Shown: in pieces, positions 47,287 through 55,316 of the stretch | How positions within the stretch are numbered: position 1 is the first letter of the stretch | How the letters are laid out: every line of letters starts with the position of its first letter | Source of the DNA: a virus | Virus record (IMG/VR): IMGVR_UViG_3300050491_000011 | Length of the DNA stretch: 64,000 nt | Reading direction: 5' to 3' (one strand) | Made by a program: the position numbers and the translations under genes | The notes under the pieces: generated by a model | Databases searched by the model: none | Told to the model about the DNA's origin: nothing | The model's input: only the letters and a program-made list of their open reading frames with translations

Positions 47287-48717
47287 TTACTTGGCGTGGT
47301 CGTAGGTATTGCCCTGGTTGTTGCCAGCAGCATTCGCACGATAGCGCTCAGGACGAACCACTTCAGGTTCATCATTCTTGGTATCGCTACCACCAGCGCC
47401 ACCTTTGATCTTGCTGGCCGACAGGTCGCAATAGCGCATGTTGGCTTTGAGCATCATCAGGAAGTCAGGGACGGCTTTGGTCCAGCCCTGAGACATGCAG
47501 CGGCAACCGCCGAGGATACCGTTGACCCACTGGCGCAGCTCAGGATCGATCTTCGCACCGGCCATGGATTCAGCCATCTTCAGACGGCTCAACAGAGTGT
47601 TGCAGGTCTTGACGACCGCATCAGCGCTCTTGGTCCATGCCGATACATCTTTCTCGATGACCTTCATGATGTCGAGGGCTTTCAGAGCCAGCGTGCAACC
47701 GCTCAGCATTTCAGCGTGCTTCAGCACCTTACCGGTGTGAGCAGCCTTTTCCTTGATGACAGCGCGATGCAACTCAACCTTGGCGCCGTTGAGAGGCCAC
47801 TTGCTATCTTCGCCCGGAGTCAGCTTGATGCTGCTGGTTTCGGAGATCTTGATGTCCTTCAGCTTGGACATGTCGTTCTTCATCGAACGGGTCAGCTCAG
47901 CTGCCGCAAGGTTCAGGAACTCCATGATCGGGCCAACATCGTTCATGTTGCTTGGCGGCTTGATGTCGATCAGATCTTCGAACGCGCCATGCCAGGCCGA
48001 GGTGAAGTTCTTGAACAGACCCATGTTGGTCTGAACGATCGAAGCAGGTGGCTTAACCTGACCAGAGCCGTTGGAGCAGTACGCGCCAATGCTTGCACCG
48101 AGGTTGATGGTGCCTTCTTCGGTTTCGCCTTTGTTCTTGTTGATCTTCGCCAGTACGCCTTCGCCGTACTTGCCGATCGACTTGCTGTTGTTGAACAGGC
48201 GATGCCAGAACTTGGCAACCATGTCCATCAAGCTCTTGAACGCTTCAGCTACCCAGGCGAGGATACGGCCGATAACGCCCTTCTTCTTTTCTTCAGCTTC
48301 AGTCGAGTAGTCCGCACGGCTAGCGCAGGATTCGAAAGAAGGAACCACGACGCCGACTGGGATACCCAGACCGGAGACCTTCAGGACAGCTTCCACCGAC
48401 AGGGTCATCAGTGCAGCACCTTCTTCGGTGATGCCGCTGTCGCCGTAAGTTTCGATGGTCTGATCAACGATCGACTCGATGGAGCCTGCCGCAGCTTCAG
48501 CTTTATCGATGGAGGCGTTTTGCCCACTGATGTCTTCAGCGATCGCATTGATCTCGCCGACTTCGGCCATGATGTCTTGCGACAGCTGTTCGAGGTCATC
48601 GCCTTCGACCGGTGGTGCTGGTGGTTCCTCGAAAGGAAGGTTGGCGAGGTCCGGCGCAGCTGGAAGCTCGGACGATTCAACGCCATAGTTGGCAAGTTGC
48701 TGCAAGATAGATCGCAT
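47287..48717 (-). CDS. Inner-head protein paralogue
   Basis: VPSFE...YSTEAEE...GVIGRILAW signature; AAGGA RBS before ATG 48717. Confidence 0.8.
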   Translation of the reverse strand: MRSILQQLANYGVESSELPAAPDLANLPFEEPPAPPVEGDDLEQLSQDIMAEVGEINAIAEDISGQNASIDKAEAAAGSIESIVDQTIETYGDSGITEEGAALMTLSVEAVLKVSGLGIPVGVVVPSFESCASRADYSTEAEEKKKGVIGRILAWVAEAFKSLMDMVAKFWHRLFNNSKSIGKYGEGVLAKINKNKGETEEGTINLGASIGAYCSNGSGQVKPPASIVQTNMGLFKNFTSAWHGAFEDLIDIKPPSNMNDVGPIMEFLNLAAAELTRSMKNDMSKLKDIKISETSSIKLTPGEDSKWPLNGAKVELHRAVIKEKAAHTGKVLKHAEMLSGCTLALKALDIMKVIEKDVSAWTKSADAVVKTCNTLLSRLKMAESMAGAKIDPELRQWVNGILGGCRCMSQGWTKAVPDFLMMLKANMRYCDLSASKIKGGAGGSDTKNDEPEVVRPERYRANAAGNNQGNTYDHAK

Positions 48718-48754
48718 GGCTATGTCCTTGGTAATGTTGAACGTGGAACGATGA

Positions 48755-50116
48755 TTAAGCGGCTTTGGAGTACGCCGATGCACTGGCGCTGACGTAGCCA
48801 TCGAGTGCTGACTTAACAGCCCAGATAGTTTTGATCAACTTAGGAGGAAGCAACCCAAGATCGTAGACGATGTCAACGGCCAATTTGTAGGCGTCGCACG
48901 CTTCTTTGATCGAGGTGGTATCTTCGTTGGCCGCTTTCTTCTTGGTGTACAGCGAGTTAAGCTGGGCACTCATGTCGTAAAGCTTGGTAGCCAGACCGTC
49001 GATTTCTTCAGCAGCATCCTGAAGAGGTTTGATGAAGTCACCAACATGGTCGGTCCACGCCGGAACTGCATCGGTGTAGTCTTCCATATCCTGAGCGCTG
49101 AGAGCTGGATATTCACCACCCTCGGCTTCTTTGTGAACGACCATAGCGCTGGTCAAGTTCATGGTGTTGCCTTTCTTCTCGCCAGTCAGGACGATGTCGA
49201 TGTTCTGGCAGATGTTGAACTCGACTTCCTTGTTCTGCGAAAGGCCGACCGCATTAACCAGAGCAGTGAACACACGAGGGAGTTCGCTTTCCTTGGTAGG
49301 TTGTACGCCATTTACGATCTGACTTACCTTCCGAACGATCTCCAGAACGCGGGAAGCGGATTCCTTGCCGAAACCTTTGAGATTCTTGAGGGTCTCAGTA
49401 GGCTTCTTAGCCCGGCCGTCTTGTCCGATGATGAACTTCGGATCTTTGACAGTGACCTTAGTAGAACTGGAAGGCGCAGCAGGCTTCGGAGTTTCCTTTA
49501 CCGGCTCTGGTTTCTTCTCAGGTTCTTTCTTCGATGCAGGAGAGACTGGTTTCTCAGCCGGCTTCTCAACAGGCTTCTCCGGTTCCTTTTCCTCTGTAGG
49601 TTCAGGTTCCGACTTACCGTTAACGGCGTCATCAACCTTCTTCTTCAGAGCTTCGTTCTTTGCCTGGTCGTTCTTCTTGAACAGACCGAGCTTTTGGAAG
49701 AAGGCTTTCAACATCCCCATCAGAGTAGTGAAGGTACGCTTGATCCATGCCCAGATCTTGCCGATGAACCCCTCACTCTTCTCCTCAGCTTCCGTGGAGT
49801 AGTTCTCCTCGTTACTGGATTCAAAGGACGGTGCAATCATCGTGACTGGAAGATCGAGATCCGACGCCATCAACACCGACTCCATGCAGACACGATAAAG
49901 CGCAGCACGCTCTACGTCCATGGATGGCTTATCTTTGAGGAAAGCATCGCGAATGTTCGTCACCGAAGCGAGTGCTGTACGAGCGCGAACAATCTGGTTT
50001 TGAAGCGCATCGATCTCACGGAACTCCGATTGGAGATCCACGCTTTCGAAGCTATAAGTAGCCTCTACTCGTTCGATGTTATTAGTAGCAAGTTGTTTCA
50101 AAATGCTCGCGGTCAT
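48755..50116 (-). CDS. Inner-head protein paralogue with an E/K/P-rich linker
   Basis: APSFE...YSTEAEE...GFIGKIWAW signature; EKP repeats. Confidence 0.8.
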   Translation of the reverse strand: MTASILKQLATNNIERVEATYSFESVDLQSEFREIDALQNQIVRARTALASVTNIRDAFLKDKPSMDVERAALYRVCMESVLMASDLDLPVTMIAPSFESSNEENYSTEAEEKSEGFIGKIWAWIKRTFTTLMGMLKAFFQKLGLFKKNDQAKNEALKKKVDDAVNGKSEPEPTEEKEPEKPVEKPAEKPVSPASKKEPEKKPEPVKETPKPAAPSSSTKVTVKDPKFIIGQDGRAKKPTETLKNLKGFGKESASRVLEIVRKVSQIVNGVQPTKESELPRVFTALVNAVGLSQNKEVEFNICQNIDIVLTGEKKGNTMNLTSAMVVHKEAEGGEYPALSAQDMEDYTDAVPAWTDHVGDFIKPLQDAAEEIDGLATKLYDMSAQLNSLYTKKKAANEDTTSIKEACDAYKLAVDIVYDLGLLPPKLIKTIWAVKSALDGYVSASASAYSKAA

Positions 50117-50209
50117 TTTACACACTCGACTAGAGTATTATGCAAAGATCGAGAAGACCTCGCTCGGCGGATTATTACTTACATAAGATCTCCCTAAAGG
50201 AACGATTAA

Positions 50210-50557
50210 ATGCATATTGGATCGGTCCACGATGTTGAGTTTGAGACGACTCCACACGGCAATGTAATCCCTGTTCTGAAGATTCATTCTGGAAGAACAA
50301 AGGTCGACTGGGTGTTACCGAATATCCATGTCCTTCAAGAAATGAAGTTGTGGATGGCTGACATCGTCTGCATGACTGAGAAAGCCGGTAAGACTAGCAT
50401 TGAGGTTCTTCATGAGAATCGCCCTATAGATGCTAGTCCAGTAGAGTTACCACACGTCTGCCAATCGTGTGGAGAAGAACTCCACATCTATCTAGAACGG
50501 CGACTGATCGTCAAGTGCGTTAATCAGTCTGGTTGTAAGGCTCAGAATGTAGGATGA
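50210..50557 (+). CDS. Stand-alone OB-fold plus C4 zinc-finger protein resembling the NAD-dependent DNA ligase internal domains
   Basis: Pattern VEFETTPHGNVIPV...LPN...RP...LPHVCQSCG...CVNQSGCKAQ follows the LigA OB/Zn region; AAGGA RBS. Confidence 0.65.
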   Translation: MHIGSVHDVEFETTPHGNVIPVLKIHSGRTKVDWVLPNIHVLQEMKLWMADIVCMTEKAGKTSIEVLHENRPIDASPVELPHVCQSCGEELHIYLERRLIVKCVNQSGCKAQNVG

Positions 50558-50561
50558 CGCT

Positions 50562-51014
50562 ATGCTACTGGATGTCAAAGGAGACATGCTCAAGCGCGCT
50601 CCGAAAGGATCGCTAATAGGCATACCCGTTAACACCGTCGGCGTTGGTGGAAAGGGTCTGGCACGCTTAATGAAGATACGTTGGCCAGAAGCGTACAAGA
50701 AGTACTGCAAAGATTGTAGACGCGGCAGGATCGCATCAGGAGAGCTCTGTGTGTATGACGTAGGTGAGTATCGTCTCGCCATGCTGCCCACTAAGTACTA
50801 CTGGGGTAATCCTTCCGATAAAGGCCTGATCACAATCACGGCTAAGAGACTCCTTGCCTACATGGAAGGGAACTTCGAGTCTGATTGCTACATCCCTCAG
50901 ATCGGGTGTGGTGAAAGGACTGGAACGCTGGACTACGAAGTTGATGTTCGTCCTATCCTCGAGGAAGTGTTTGGGGAGTCTGACGAAACCATTCACGTAT
51001 TCGATTGGAGCTGA
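50562..51014 (+). CDS. Macrodomain protein (TARG1/DarG/Poa1p-like ADP-ribose processing)
   Basis: KGDM, PVNTVGVGGKGLA, LPTKYYW and IPQIGCG. Confidence 0.85.
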   Translation: MLLDVKGDMLKRAPKGSLIGIPVNTVGVGGKGLARLMKIRWPEAYKKYCKDCRRGRIASGELCVYDVGEYRLAMLPTKYYWGNPSDKGLITITAKRLLAYMEGNFESDCYIPQIGCGERTGTLDYEVDVRPILEEVFGESDETIHVFDWS

Positions 51015-51017
51015 CGA

Positions 51018-51272
51018 ATGTTCAAAGAACTAGATGCGAAGATACAGCAAGATCTGATCTCACTCGGTAAGGAAGTTTGGGCTGATCTCAATACAGATAA
51101 AGCCGTTCCTAAAGAAGTGTATATAGCGAGAGTTGATGAATTCCTCAGCCGTCTACATGCGCGCACTGCTCCAGAGTTCGAAGCAGTCATGAATCCAGAC
51201 GGATCATTCACCGCCTACATCCCTAGGAGCAAACCCCTATGTCAACTGACAATAGTAGCAACACGCAAGTAA
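51018..51272 (+). CDS. Hypothetical protein
   Basis: 84 aa; GGAG RBS; tight gene packing. Confidence 0.6.
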   Translation: MFKELDAKIQQDLISLGKEVWADLNTDKAVPKEVYIARVDEFLSRLHARTAPEFEAVMNPDGSFTAYIPRSKPLCQLTIVATRK

Positions 51273-51277
51273 AGACC

Positions 51278-51634
51278 ATGGCCTTTGAGAGCGCTCAGAT
51301 TGAACGTATCGAAGCATGGCTGATTGAAGAAGGTTGGACGGTTAATCGTTTCGATTACTCCCTAACCCCTTCTTGCGCTGAAGTTAACTACCGTGCCAAG
51401 ACATTCCGTTCCAACATCAGCAGCGCCTACTACTGTGCTCAGGTGTTTGAACGGGTTGAGAACAACCTCAAGACAAAAGGAGTAACGACCGTTGGAGGAT
51501 ACATGTACGTCTTCAGTGGCGGAGAAACGCACAGGCGGCACGATGGTGGCGATCTTTACCAACACAAAGCGCTATCTATCCACCCGGTGGAGTTACCGCG
51601 TTCGCAACCTAAGGCTATTGATGAGCTGATCTGA
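51278..51634 (+). CDS. Hypothetical protein
   Basis: ATG 51278 just after the previous stop; ends before a hairpin. Confidence 0.6.
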   Translation: MAFESAQIERIEAWLIEEGWTVNRFDYSLTPSCAEVNYRAKTFRSNISSAYYCAQVFERVENNLKTKGVTTVGGYMYVFSGGETHRRHDGGDLYQHKALSIHPVELPRSQPKAIDELI

Positions 51635-51641
51635 CAGCAGA

Positions 51642-51672
51642 CATAAGGCCCGGCTCAGGCCGGGCTTTGTGC
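51642..51672 (+). terminator. Stem-loop CATAAGGCCCGGC-TCAG-GCCGGGCTTTGTG
   Basis: Member of the hairpin family. Confidence 0.7.
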
Positions 51673-51742
51673 TGTAATCGTAATCAAAGAATTTACAGTC
51701 ACATATAGTCAACACGAATCTATACCTTAAAGGAGAAACACC

Positions 51743-51838
51743 ATGGCAAACTTTGCCCGCGCTGTAGCTGTAGGTGTCACTGTCGTAGTGGTATCGCAGA
51801 TCATCCTGAAACAACTTAGCAAACGCGGCTACATTTAA
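51743..51838 (+). CDS. 31-aa single-TM microprotein MANFARAVAVGVTVVVVSQIILKQLSKRGYI (not in the ORF track)
   Basis: Strong AAGGAG RBS; hydrophobic helix with a basic C-terminus. Confidence 0.7.
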   Translation: MANFARAVAVGVTVVVVSQIILKQLSKRGYI

Positions 51839-51869
51839 CTCACCCCTAACGACCGAGGAGGTCTGTAAC

Positions 51870-51998
51870 ATGAAACAAGTTAAACTGGTACTCGTTGGCA
51901 TGATCCTGAGCATTGGCGTATCGACTGCATACTCGACCGGTATCTTCGACGAAGCTGGGCAATACAAGGCACAGCACGCAGCATTCGCAGCGCAGTAA
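51870..51998 (+). CDS. 42-aa signal-peptide-like microprotein MKQVKLVLVGMILSIGVSTAYSTG... (not in the ORF track)
   Basis: GAGGAGG RBS; n-h-c signal-peptide-like N-terminus. Confidence 0.7.
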   Translation: MKQVKLVLVGMILSIGVSTAYSTGIFDEAGQYKAQHAAFAAQ

Positions 51999-52010
51999 TT
52001 ATTGCAATCT

Positions 52011-52033
52011 AAAAATATTCATGCATACATTAC
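52011..52033 (+). promoter_or_regulatory. Promoter-like motif (AAAAA ... CATACATTAC)
   Basis: Recurrent motif. Confidence 0.65.
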
Positions 52034-52085
52034 TAACGTAGTCATGCGCTGACTTTTGATACCCACTGTCCGTGGAGGACGCCCC

Positions 52086-52412
52086 ATGAATTTCCAAACC
52101 GTAGCAGACATCATCATCTGCCTACTCTTCATCTACTTCGCTACAGTACGTACCCGCGTAGTCTGGAAGCATTTGAAGGATAACGGCGCAGTAACAGTCA
52201 CCCGCATCTACGGCTGCTGCTGCGTCACTATCGGTTGGAATGGGAAGATAGCCCGATACGTTAAAGTGACTCTGCCGATACTCGCAGTGCTGCTTTACGG
52301 ATCGTGGTCTTTCCACTTGATCGGCACTCTTAGCTTCTTAGCTATTGAGCAAGCCATCGCACTCGTTGTAGCTTTATCGCTGTACCTTGCTGCGCGCTTT
52401 GTAACTCGTTGA
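52086..52412 (+). CDS. Small multi-pass membrane protein
   Basis: GGAGGA RBS; about three hydrophobic segments. Confidence 0.7.
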   Translation: MNFQTVADIIICLLFIYFATVRTRVVWKHLKDNGAVTVTRIYGCCCVTIGWNGKIARYVKVTLPILAVLLYGSWSFHLIGTLSFLAIEQAIALVVALSLYLAARFVTR

Positions 52413-52467
52413 ACCCAAACCCCTATCGTAATACCCTTTGTAATTAACGTCCGTGGAGGACAAACAA

Positions 52468-52818
52468 ATGCTCGATATCATCTTCACTATCCCAGCTGTA
52501 ATCATGTTCATGATCATCACCATGGTGGCCGGCTACATCATCGGTAAACTGAAACCAGAAGAACGCTGGGAAGAAGTTGCCATGGCTTTCTTCACTCTCG
52601 GTGACTGGGGCTTCAAGACCACCTTCGCTCGCCGCATGATGCTTCTGTTAAACATCGTAATCGCAGCCGTCTGGATCTACTACATCGACACTCCAGTCTT
52701 CGTAGCTTTCTGCATGAGTATCATCATCGGTTCCTACATCGGCGCCTACATCTTGAACACCCGTTGCGACATCCCATACCCAGACCGTGACGCTCTGAAA
52801 ATGATGTTCGTCAAGTAA
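52468..52818 (+). CDS. Small multi-pass membrane protein, probable paralogue of 52086..52412
   Basis: Same GTCCGTGGAGGAC leader; about three hydrophobic segments. Confidence 0.7.
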   Translation: MLDIIFTIPAVIMFMIITMVAGYIIGKLKPEERWEEVAMAFFTLGDWGFKTTFARRMMLLLNIVIAAVWIYYIDTPVFVAFCMSIIIGSYIGAYILNTRCDIPYPDRDALKMMFVK

Positions 52819-52831
52819 ATGTAACGATATG

Positions 52832-52872
52832 TGAGGGTGGCCTAGCCACCCTCATTGTTAATCTTTTTTTTT
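52832..52872 (+). terminator. Stem-loop TGAGGGTGGC-CTA-GCCACCCTCA plus T-tract
   Basis: 10-bp perfect stem. Confidence 0.7.
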
Positions 52873-52886
52873 GGTCGAGGTGTGGG

Positions 52887-53927
52887 ATGCCTAGTAATAG
52901 TAAGAAGCAATATGATCTCATGAAGATCGCTTCGTATAACAAAGAGTTTGCAGAGAAACGCCACATCGATCAGGATGCTGCTCGGGAATGGCACAAGGCC
53001 GACAAGGAGATGGAGAAGAAGAATAAAGACTTCTACAAGAATCTCCCTGACCACGCCGAAGATTCGAAGAAGAAACCGAAGAAGAAGCGTACCAGCCAAC
53101 GTCGTAAACGTGAGAAGGGCGAAGCTCACGAGAAGGCTAGCGATGCTTCGATGGAAGGCGTTGTATCGTCTATCTTGGATCTGTTCAAGTCCAGTAAGAC
53201 TATCGACGACATTCCAGACAACGTCAGCGACGCTATGATCGAGAAGCTGTCTAACGATCCTAATGCATTGGCCGGTATGGAACTGCGTGAAGGTCCGATC
53301 GACGTGCGTGGCGCCAACACCCACTTCTATCTGAAGCATTGGTCGAACAACTGGCTGTCTGATGTCGAGACCCATGCCAAGCAGATCGAAGCCTTCTACA
53401 AGAAGTTCATCCCTGCGCGTGTAGCGTATGGCAATGCGCTTGAGAAGATCTATAAGCAATGCGAGAAGATGTCTCCTAAAGAAGCACTGGAGTACGCCAA
53501 GCCTCGCGTTGACATGGAGAAGATCAAGCTCGGCCGTATTGAGCTGCCTGACTTCCGTAACCTGGCTGTCGATGTCCGTTACTCTGGTCATGGCGCTAAG
53601 CTGTCCCTCGGTAGCCCAGGCAAAGGTCCTGAAACCATGGGCGCTCTCAGCGAAGGCGCTATCCGTAAGATCGTTTCCATCCTGAGTATCCTTGTCCGTA
53701 GCCACGACTACGAAGAAGACGACTACGGCTGGAACCTCGACGATACGGATGAAGCGAAGTTCTGGATGCATCACTTCCCTGATGACGATCGTACTTGGGG
53801 TCAGATGCTTGGCCTGTTCCCATGCGCTGGTGACTGGTACGAGTTCTCGTACGATGACGTTCTGAACATGGTTGTCAACAAGATGTACCTCGGCTTGAAA
53901 GGCTTGGTCGTTAAGTCCGTCAAGTAA
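52887..53927 (+). CDS. Probable virion head protein with a basic propeptide and an ASME cleavage-type motif
   Basis: 346 aa; GAGGTG RBS; ASMEGVVSSILDLF resembles the SxE plus amphipathic pattern of the head proteins. Confidence 0.6.
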   Translation: MPSNSKKQYDLMKIASYNKEFAEKRHIDQDAAREWHKADKEMEKKNKDFYKNLPDHAEDSKKKPKKKRTSQRRKREKGEAHEKASDASMEGVVSSILDLFKSSKTIDDIPDNVSDAMIEKLSNDPNALAGMELREGPIDVRGANTHFYLKHWSNNWLSDVETHAKQIEAFYKKFIPARVAYGNALEKIYKQCEKMSPKEALEYAKPRVDMEKIKLGRIELPDFRNLAVDVRYSGHGAKLSLGSPGKGPETMGALSEGAIRKIVSILSILVRSHDYEEDDYGWNLDDTDEAKFWMHHFPDDDRTWGQMLGLFPCAGDWYEFSYDDVLNMVVNKMYLGLKGLVVKSVK

Positions 53928-53958
53928 CATAAGCCCGGCTTCGGCCGGGCTCTATGCC
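53928..53958 (+). terminator. Stem-loop AGCCCGGC-TTCG-GCCGGGCT followed by CTATGCC
   Basis: UUCG hairpin; member of the hairpin family. Confidence 0.75.
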
Positions 53959-53975
53959 GTCAACTTATTTACAAG

Positions 53976-53985
53976 CATACATTAC
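53976..53985 (+). promoter_or_regulatory. Promoter-like motif CATACATTAC upstream of the AmrZ-like gene
   Basis: Recurrent motif. Confidence 0.65.
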
Positions 53986-54026
53986 CGAATTGTCACTTAA
54001 CCATTAATCTAGATCGGAGTTACAGT

Positions 54027-54419
54027 ATGAAACCATTGAAACAAGCAACCTACTCTTCGCGTTCGGCTGATAAGTTCGTAGTTCGTCTTCCAGACGGCAT
54101 GCGCGAAACTATCGCTGAGGTTGCAAGGGGTCACCACCGCAGCATGAACTCGGAAATCATTGCACGACTCCAGAAGTCGTTGATGGACGAAGGCATCGTA
54201 CCTGTGGAAGAGGGTGAGTTGGAAGCATTGCCGCCTGAAGGTTGGATGCCGGGTACTGGTCAATTTGTTTATAAGATCGCTGGTGGTAAGAAGATCTACG
54301 GAACCATCAAGTCTATTTATATTAACGAGATGGGTGAGATGACAGCTAAGGTCACTAACGACCTGCTGGGTAACTTCACCGAATCGTTGAAGAAGCTACG
54401 TCCAGTCATCATGAAGTAA
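54027..54419 (+). CDS. amrZ: AmrZ/AlgZ-like ribbon-helix-helix (Arc family) regulator with a non-host C-terminal domain
   Basis: [48 protein letters not shown] closely matches the Pseudomonas AmrZ N-domain as recalled. Confidence 0.85.
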   Translation: MKPLKQATYSSRSADKFVVRLPDGMRETIAEVARGHHRSMNSEIIARLQKSLMDEGIVPVEEGELEALPPEGWMPGTGQFVYKIAGGKKIYGTIKSIYINEMGEMTAKVTNDLLGNFTESLKKLRPVIMK

Positions 54420-54472
54420 TTCGTTACCGAGTGATCTCATGGTTTGTATTCCCCTATTAAGAGAATCGAACC

Positions 54473-54784
54473 ATGAGTCTTAAAGTCCGCGATTTCTTCA
54501 CAACGAGTTGGATGTACCCGATCCCTGGCGTCAGCATCTGTTTCAAGGAACCCGAAGACCAGGTCGGTGAAGGTGAGTTGATTCCTACCCACAAGGTTCA
54601 TGTTTCTGTCAAGACGGCGGGAATGGCGGTCGACCTGGTAGGTAACGTTTACGTGGATTGGTCTGAAGAGCAATTCGCTCAGCGTGACGACACTGCGTTC
54701 AAGGCTGTCGTTAAGCAGGTCATCACCAGCAAACTGGTTCCTTACGTTCAACTCACCGCTGATCCAGTCGTGGTGAAGATCTAA
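54473..54784 (+). CDS. Hypothetical protein
   Basis: 103-aa ORF ending before a hairpin. Confidence 0.65.
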   Translation: MSLKVRDFFTTSWMYPIPGVSICFKEPEDQVGEGELIPTHKVHVSVKTAGMAVDLVGNVYVDWSEEQFAQRDDTAFKAVVKQVITSKLVPYVQLTADPVVVKI

Positions 54785-54800
54785 CAGCTGTAAACATGAC

Positions 54801-54836
54801 GCCCCACTTCGGTGGGGCTTTGTGTCCTTTCTTTTT
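54801..54836 (+). terminator. Stem-loop GCCCCAC-TTCG-GTGGGGC followed by TTTGTG
   Basis: UUCG hairpin with a T-rich tail. Confidence 0.7.
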
Positions 54837-54851
54837 ATTGAGGGTGGGGTT

Positions 54852-55307
54852 ATGTCAATCATCAATGTCCATGACGTCATGGAAACCAAAGACGGTGGAG
54901 TGATTCACCACGCAAGTTTTGTTATTGAATCGTCGGGTGGTCTTAATGAAGTCAGTATCCTCCCTGGGTTAACATTGACTCTCGATTCTCCGAACGATTC
55001 GCTTGATGGCGCTACTGTTTGCGGATGGGTCGTTGTCCAACTGAGTAAAGATTCTGTCTCTACGAAGATGGCGCGGGTCTACTTCATGCTGACGTCCCAT
55101 TTCTACACCTGTTCCGAAACACGTTCGTTACTGAACGGGCCGTTCCTCGGCAAACTCATCGCCAACTATATCCAGAAGACCTACGGCGTACAAGTCGGTC
55201 TTACTTACCTTACGGAAGACTGGAAGGTTGGTGGCCACATCTCAGCGCGCGGTGATTCCAATGGCCGTGGCGAATACCTTTACTACATTAGCAATCGTTG
55301 CAAATAG
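54852..55307 (+). CDS. Hypothetical protein
   Basis: ORF with a G-rich RBS before ATG 54852. Confidence 0.6.
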   Translation: MSIINVHDVMETKDGGVIHHASFVIESSGGLNEVSILPGLTLTLDSPNDSLDGATVCGWVVVQLSKDSVSTKMARVYFMLTSHFYTCSETRSLLNGPFLGKLIANYIQKTYGVQVGLTYLTEDWKVGGHISARGDSNGRGEYLYYISNRCK

Positions 55308-55316
55308 GAGCTGTAC

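Noticed and set aside
48718..48801. Long overlap between the head paralogue genes as called in the ORF track
   Set aside because: A better start at 48717 has an RBS and a paralogue-like N-terminus, which removes the overlap.
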